NCBI GenBank assembly: GCA_965199685.1
Contig: OZ241323.1
Span: forward strand, 801,940 to 865,939
Source of the DNA: an uncultured candidatus Porisulfidus sp.
GTDB lineage: Bacteria > Pseudomonadota > Gammaproteobacteria > Poriferisulfidales > Oxydemutatoraceae
Reading direction: 5' to 3'
Length of the DNA: 64,000 nucleotides
Below, piece by piece: positions 60,865 through 64,000 of the stretch. A program made the position numbers and the translations under genes. The notes under the pieces were generated by a model. That model searched no databases. It had not been told where the DNA came from and was given only the letters and a program-made list of their open reading frames with translations. Within the stretch, counting starts at the first letter, position 1. Every line of letters starts with the position of its first letter.

Positions 60865-63306
60865 TTAGTGGCTTTGAATTCCGCTCGTTTTGCCTGTTTT
60901 ATTGGATATTTCCTTGTCGGCAGGGATTTTTCCAGTTATTTTGTCTTTGTATTCTATTGGTATCGGCATGTCGGTCAATGCTATTTTCAATACCTCGTCT
61001 ATCCATTGCACGGGTTGTATATCAAGTTTGCCGATGATGTTTTTAGGTATTTCTTTCAAGTCTTTAGCATTTTCTTTAGGAATAAGGACAGTCTTAATAT
61101 GCGCCCTTTGCGCAGCTAGGAGTTTTTCTTTCAAGCCTCCGATTGCCAGTACTTCGCCGCGTAGCGTAATCTCTCCAGTCATCGCTACGTTTGCACGCAC
61201 TGGTATTTTTGTAATTGCTGATGTAATCGCAGTACAAACCGTGATACCCGCACTAGGCCCGTCTTTTGGGGTCGCACCTTCGGGTATATGCACATGCACA
61301 TCGTGGTTTTCATGGAAGTCCGGTGCGATACCTAAAATCTCACCACGGCTTCGCACTACTGCCATTGCAGCTTGTACCGATTCTTTCATAATATCGCCAA
61401 GTTGACCAGTATGTGATAAGCGTCCTTTGCCCGACATCGTTGTACTTTCTACGGTCAGCAATTCGCCTCCAGATTCAGTCCATGCCAGCCCGTTGACTTG
61501 CCCGATGCGGTTCTCTTCATCGGCAACTCCGTAGCGAAACTTTCTTACACCTAAATAACGTTCAAGAGAGCTTGGGCTTACTTTTATCGGCTTTTTAGCT
61601 TTGTCTTTGCTCAAAACTAGATTTTTAACGACTTTGCGAGAAACTTTCATAATCTCTCTTTCAAGGTTGCGTACTCCGGCTTCGCGTGTGTAATAGCGTA
61701 TGGTATCCAACACGGCATTTTGGGAGATTTGCATCTCTTTTGTGAGCAGTCCGTTTGCTTTCATTGCTTTGGGCATTAGATATTGCATTGCGATATTAAG
61801 TTTTTCGTCTTCGGTATAGCCGGGGATTCTAATCACTTCCATACGATCTAATAATGCCGGCGGTATGCGCAGACTATTCGCAGTGCAAACAAACATTACA
61901 TCGGATAGGTCAAACTCAACTTCCAAATAATGATCGGTGAAGGTAGAGTTTTGTTCGCTATCCAATACTTCCAGCAAAGCCGATGCTGGGTCACCTCTAA
62001 AGTCGGTTGACATTTTATCGATCTCGTCTAATAAAAATAGTGGATTGCGTACGCCGACTTTGGATAGGTTTTGCACGAATTTGCCGGGTTGTGCACCAAT
62101 ATAGGTTCTACGATGCCCGCGTATCTCTGCTTCGTCTCGGACACCACCCAGTGCCATGCGTGTAAATTTGCGTCCGGTTGCATTTGCAATTGATTTACCT
62201 AGCGAAGTCTTACCGACACCTGGTGGGCCGACTAAGCACAGTATCGTGCCTTTGATTTTTTTGGTTCTCAGTTGAACTGCCAGATATTCTATAATGCGTT
62301 CCTTAACTTTCTCTAAACCATAATGATCGCTTTCTAGAATTTTTGATGCGTCATCCAGACTTCTTTTGGTTCTCGATTTTTTGGTCCACGGCATGCTGAT
62401 CAACCAATCTAGATAATTGCGCACTACCGCGGCTTCCGAAGACATTGGTGCCATCATGTTTAGTCTACTTAGTTCTACGAGAGCCTTCTTTTTGGTATCG
62501 GCAGGCATTTGCGCTTTGGTAATTTTTTCGCGATAATTTTGCGCTTCGCTGTCAACTTCGTCTATATCGCCGAGTTCTTTTTGTATTGCTTTCATCTGCT
62601 CGTTTAGATAGTATTCTCGCTGGCTTTTTTCCATTTGTTGCTGCACTCGACCGCGAATACGTTTCTCCACCTTGAGGATGTCAAGCTCTTCTTCCAGCAA
62701 AGCCATCAAACATTCAAGACGCTCGTATATATCGTTGATTTCCAAAATCTTTTGTTTGCTTTCTATACTCAAAGTGGTATGGGCGGCAATCGTATATGCC
62801 AACTTGTTCAAGGTTTCGGTGGTAGTGAGAGTCTGTAATACCTCGTCGGGTATTTTTTTATTGAATTTGACGTATTGACTAAATTGGTTTAGAACCAAGC
62901 GAGCGAGTGTTTCAATTTTCTTTGAATCATATTTGGTGGTAGTTTCCAGAATATCTATTTCGGCAGCTATGAATTTTTTGTCTTTGGTGTATCTAACAAC
63001 TTTGGCGCGCTCAGTGCCTTCAACCAACAGTTTAATCGTATCGTCGGGTAATTTAAGTAGCTGCAAAATATTTGCCATAGTTCCGACTGTATAGATGTCT
63101 TTGGATGAAGGCTTGTCGGTGTCGGCTTCTTTTTGAGCTAACAGCATAATTTGCTTATTGCATTGCATTGAGAATTCAATTGCGCTGATAGATTTCTTTC
63201 TCCCTATGAATAGAGGAATGACCATATGCGGATAAACAACCACGTCGCGCAACGGCAGGACGGGCAATATCAAATCGCTGTCTTTATATTTTCTATGAGT
63301 TGCCAT
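60865..63306 (-). CDS. lon: Lon protease
   Basis: 813 aa; AAA+ GPPGVGKTS, catalytic PKDGPSAG. Confidence 0.95.
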   Translation of the reverse strand: MATHRKYKDSDLILPVLPLRDVVVYPHMVIPLFIGRKKSISAIEFSMQCNKQIMLLAQKEADTDKPSSKDIYTVGTMANILQLLKLPDDTIKLLVEGTERAKVVRYTKDKKFIAAEIDILETTTKYDSKKIETLARLVLNQFSQYVKFNKKIPDEVLQTLTTTETLNKLAYTIAAHTTLSIESKQKILEINDIYERLECLMALLEEELDILKVEKRIRGRVQQQMEKSQREYYLNEQMKAIQKELGDIDEVDSEAQNYREKITKAQMPADTKKKALVELSRLNMMAPMSSEAAVVRNYLDWLISMPWTKKSRTKRSLDDASKILESDHYGLEKVKERIIEYLAVQLRTKKIKGTILCLVGPPGVGKTSLGKSIANATGRKFTRMALGGVRDEAEIRGHRRTYIGAQPGKFVQNLSKVGVRNPLFLLDEIDKMSTDFRGDPASALLEVLDSEQNSTFTDHYLEVEFDLSDVMFVCTANSLRIPPALLDRMEVIRIPGYTEDEKLNIAMQYLMPKAMKANGLLTKEMQISQNAVLDTIRYYTREAGVRNLEREIMKVSRKVVKNLVLSKDKAKKPIKVSPSSLERYLGVRKFRYGVADEENRIGQVNGLAWTESGGELLTVESTTMSGKGRLSHTGQLGDIMKESVQAAMAVVRSRGEILGIAPDFHENHDVHVHIPEGATPKDGPSAGITVCTAITSAITKIPVRANVAMTGEITLRGEVLAIGGLKEKLLAAQRAHIKTVLIPKENAKDLKEIPKNIIGKLDIQPVQWIDEVLKIALTDMPIPIEYKDKITGKIPADKEISNKTGKTSGIQSH

Positions 63307-63388
63307 AATATACTCCGGTTTGTCTTTATAGTATTAGGGTGCTTTTACGATATTTCAAGCGTGGTATTTCAAGTGTGATACTTAGGTG

Positions 63389-64000
63389 TTATCCGGCTTT
63401 CTCGTATTTTTGCCGTGATGAAGCCTTAGCTACCAGTATAGGCGGGGTATTCCCTGCCACAACTTTCTCGTCAACGATAACCTCTGCGACATTATCCATA
63501 GAGGGTAATTCGTACATAGTATCCAACAATAGGGATTCTATGATGTTACGCAAACCGCGGGCACCAGTGTGCTTTGCTATTGCTTTCTCAGCGATTGCAT
63601 CCAGTGCTTGAGGTTCAAAGTTCAACTTGATATCCTCCATATCAAATAGGTATTGATACTGTTTGGTTAAGGCATTGCGAGGTTCGGTTAATATGCGAAC
63701 CAAAGTTTTTTTATCCAGTTCGTCTAATACCGAGAACACAGCTAGCCGACCAACAAACTCAGGTATCAAACCGTAGGAGATTAAGTCCTTAGACTCAACT
63801 TGGGCTAAGGTATGTGCTAGTACTTCGGTGTCTTGAGAGTCGCGAATGTTTGCCGAAAAACCAATGCTACTTTTGTCGGTGCGTTGCTGTATCACCTGTT
63901 CCAATCCGGCGAATGCGCCGCCGCAGATAAACAATATATTTTGGGTATTGATTTGTATAAGCTCCTGTTGAGGGTGTTTGCGCCCGCCGTGCGGTGGTAT
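63389..64000 (-). CDS. clpX: ATP-dependent Clp protease ATP-binding subunit ClpX (C-terminal part; continues beyond the window)
   Basis: C-terminal ClpX region [10 protein letters not shown]..., truncated by the window edge. Confidence 0.9.
   Translation of the reverse strand: MPPHGGRKHPQQELIQINTQNILFICGGAFAGLEQVIQQRTDKSSIGFSANIRDSQDTEVLAHTLAQVESKDLISYGLIPEFVGRLAVFSVLDELDKKTLVRILTEPRNALTKQYQYLFDMEDIKLNFEPQALDAIAEKAIAKHTGARGLRNIIESLLLDTMYELPSMDNVAEVIVDEKVVAGNTPPILVAKASSRQKYEKAG

Overview
This is a gammaproteobacterial chromosomal segment of about 55% AT, dominated by housekeeping genes. On the plus strand it carries rnhB-dnaE, tig-clpP, ilvH-ilvC-pssA, surE-pcm, nlpD-alaC-hom-thrC, the regulatory PTS cluster hpf-ptsN-hprK-rapZ-EIIA(Man)-HPr-ptsI, mgtE, guaB-guaA and fbpABC. 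On the minus strand it carries a tkt-gap-pgk-pyk-fba(class I) block, moeA-smr, xseA, fabI-gltP-ppiD and hupB-lon-clpX. RNA genes are tRNA-Thr, RNase P RNA, tRNA-Leu, tRNA-Asp and tRNA-Val.

Accessory content is unusually dense and patchy.
- Three type II restriction-modification cassettes sit in AT-rich islets inside housekeeping operons, at 14.6-16.2 kb, 20.5-21.9 kb and 53.6-55.6 kb.
- The third cassette looks decayed or phase-variable. Its methyltransferase frame is separated from an upstream 58-aa ORF by a single TGA followed immediately by an A9 homopolymer; shortening the tract to A8 gives a TTG-initiated full-length methylase. Its endonuclease is broken into three fragments.
- A tnpB-only element at 27861-29116 has 23-bp terminal inverted repeats and an 8-bp direct repeat, which is atypical for IS200/IS605.
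- A genome-wide family of modular palindromic MITE-like repeats is seen at 11 or more loci. One derivative has been amplified into 3.4 tandem copies of a 158-bp unit at the tkt/gap junction, each copy carrying an RBS, ATG and the first 8 codons of gap.

Other observations are a clpP|clpX synteny break, a kdsC|hpf break at the tnpB site, an O-fucosyltransferase-like AT-rich gene, an orphan MqsA-like HTH gene, a SLOG-family protein next to a split CPBP/Abi protease, and a candidate Fur box upstream of fbpA.
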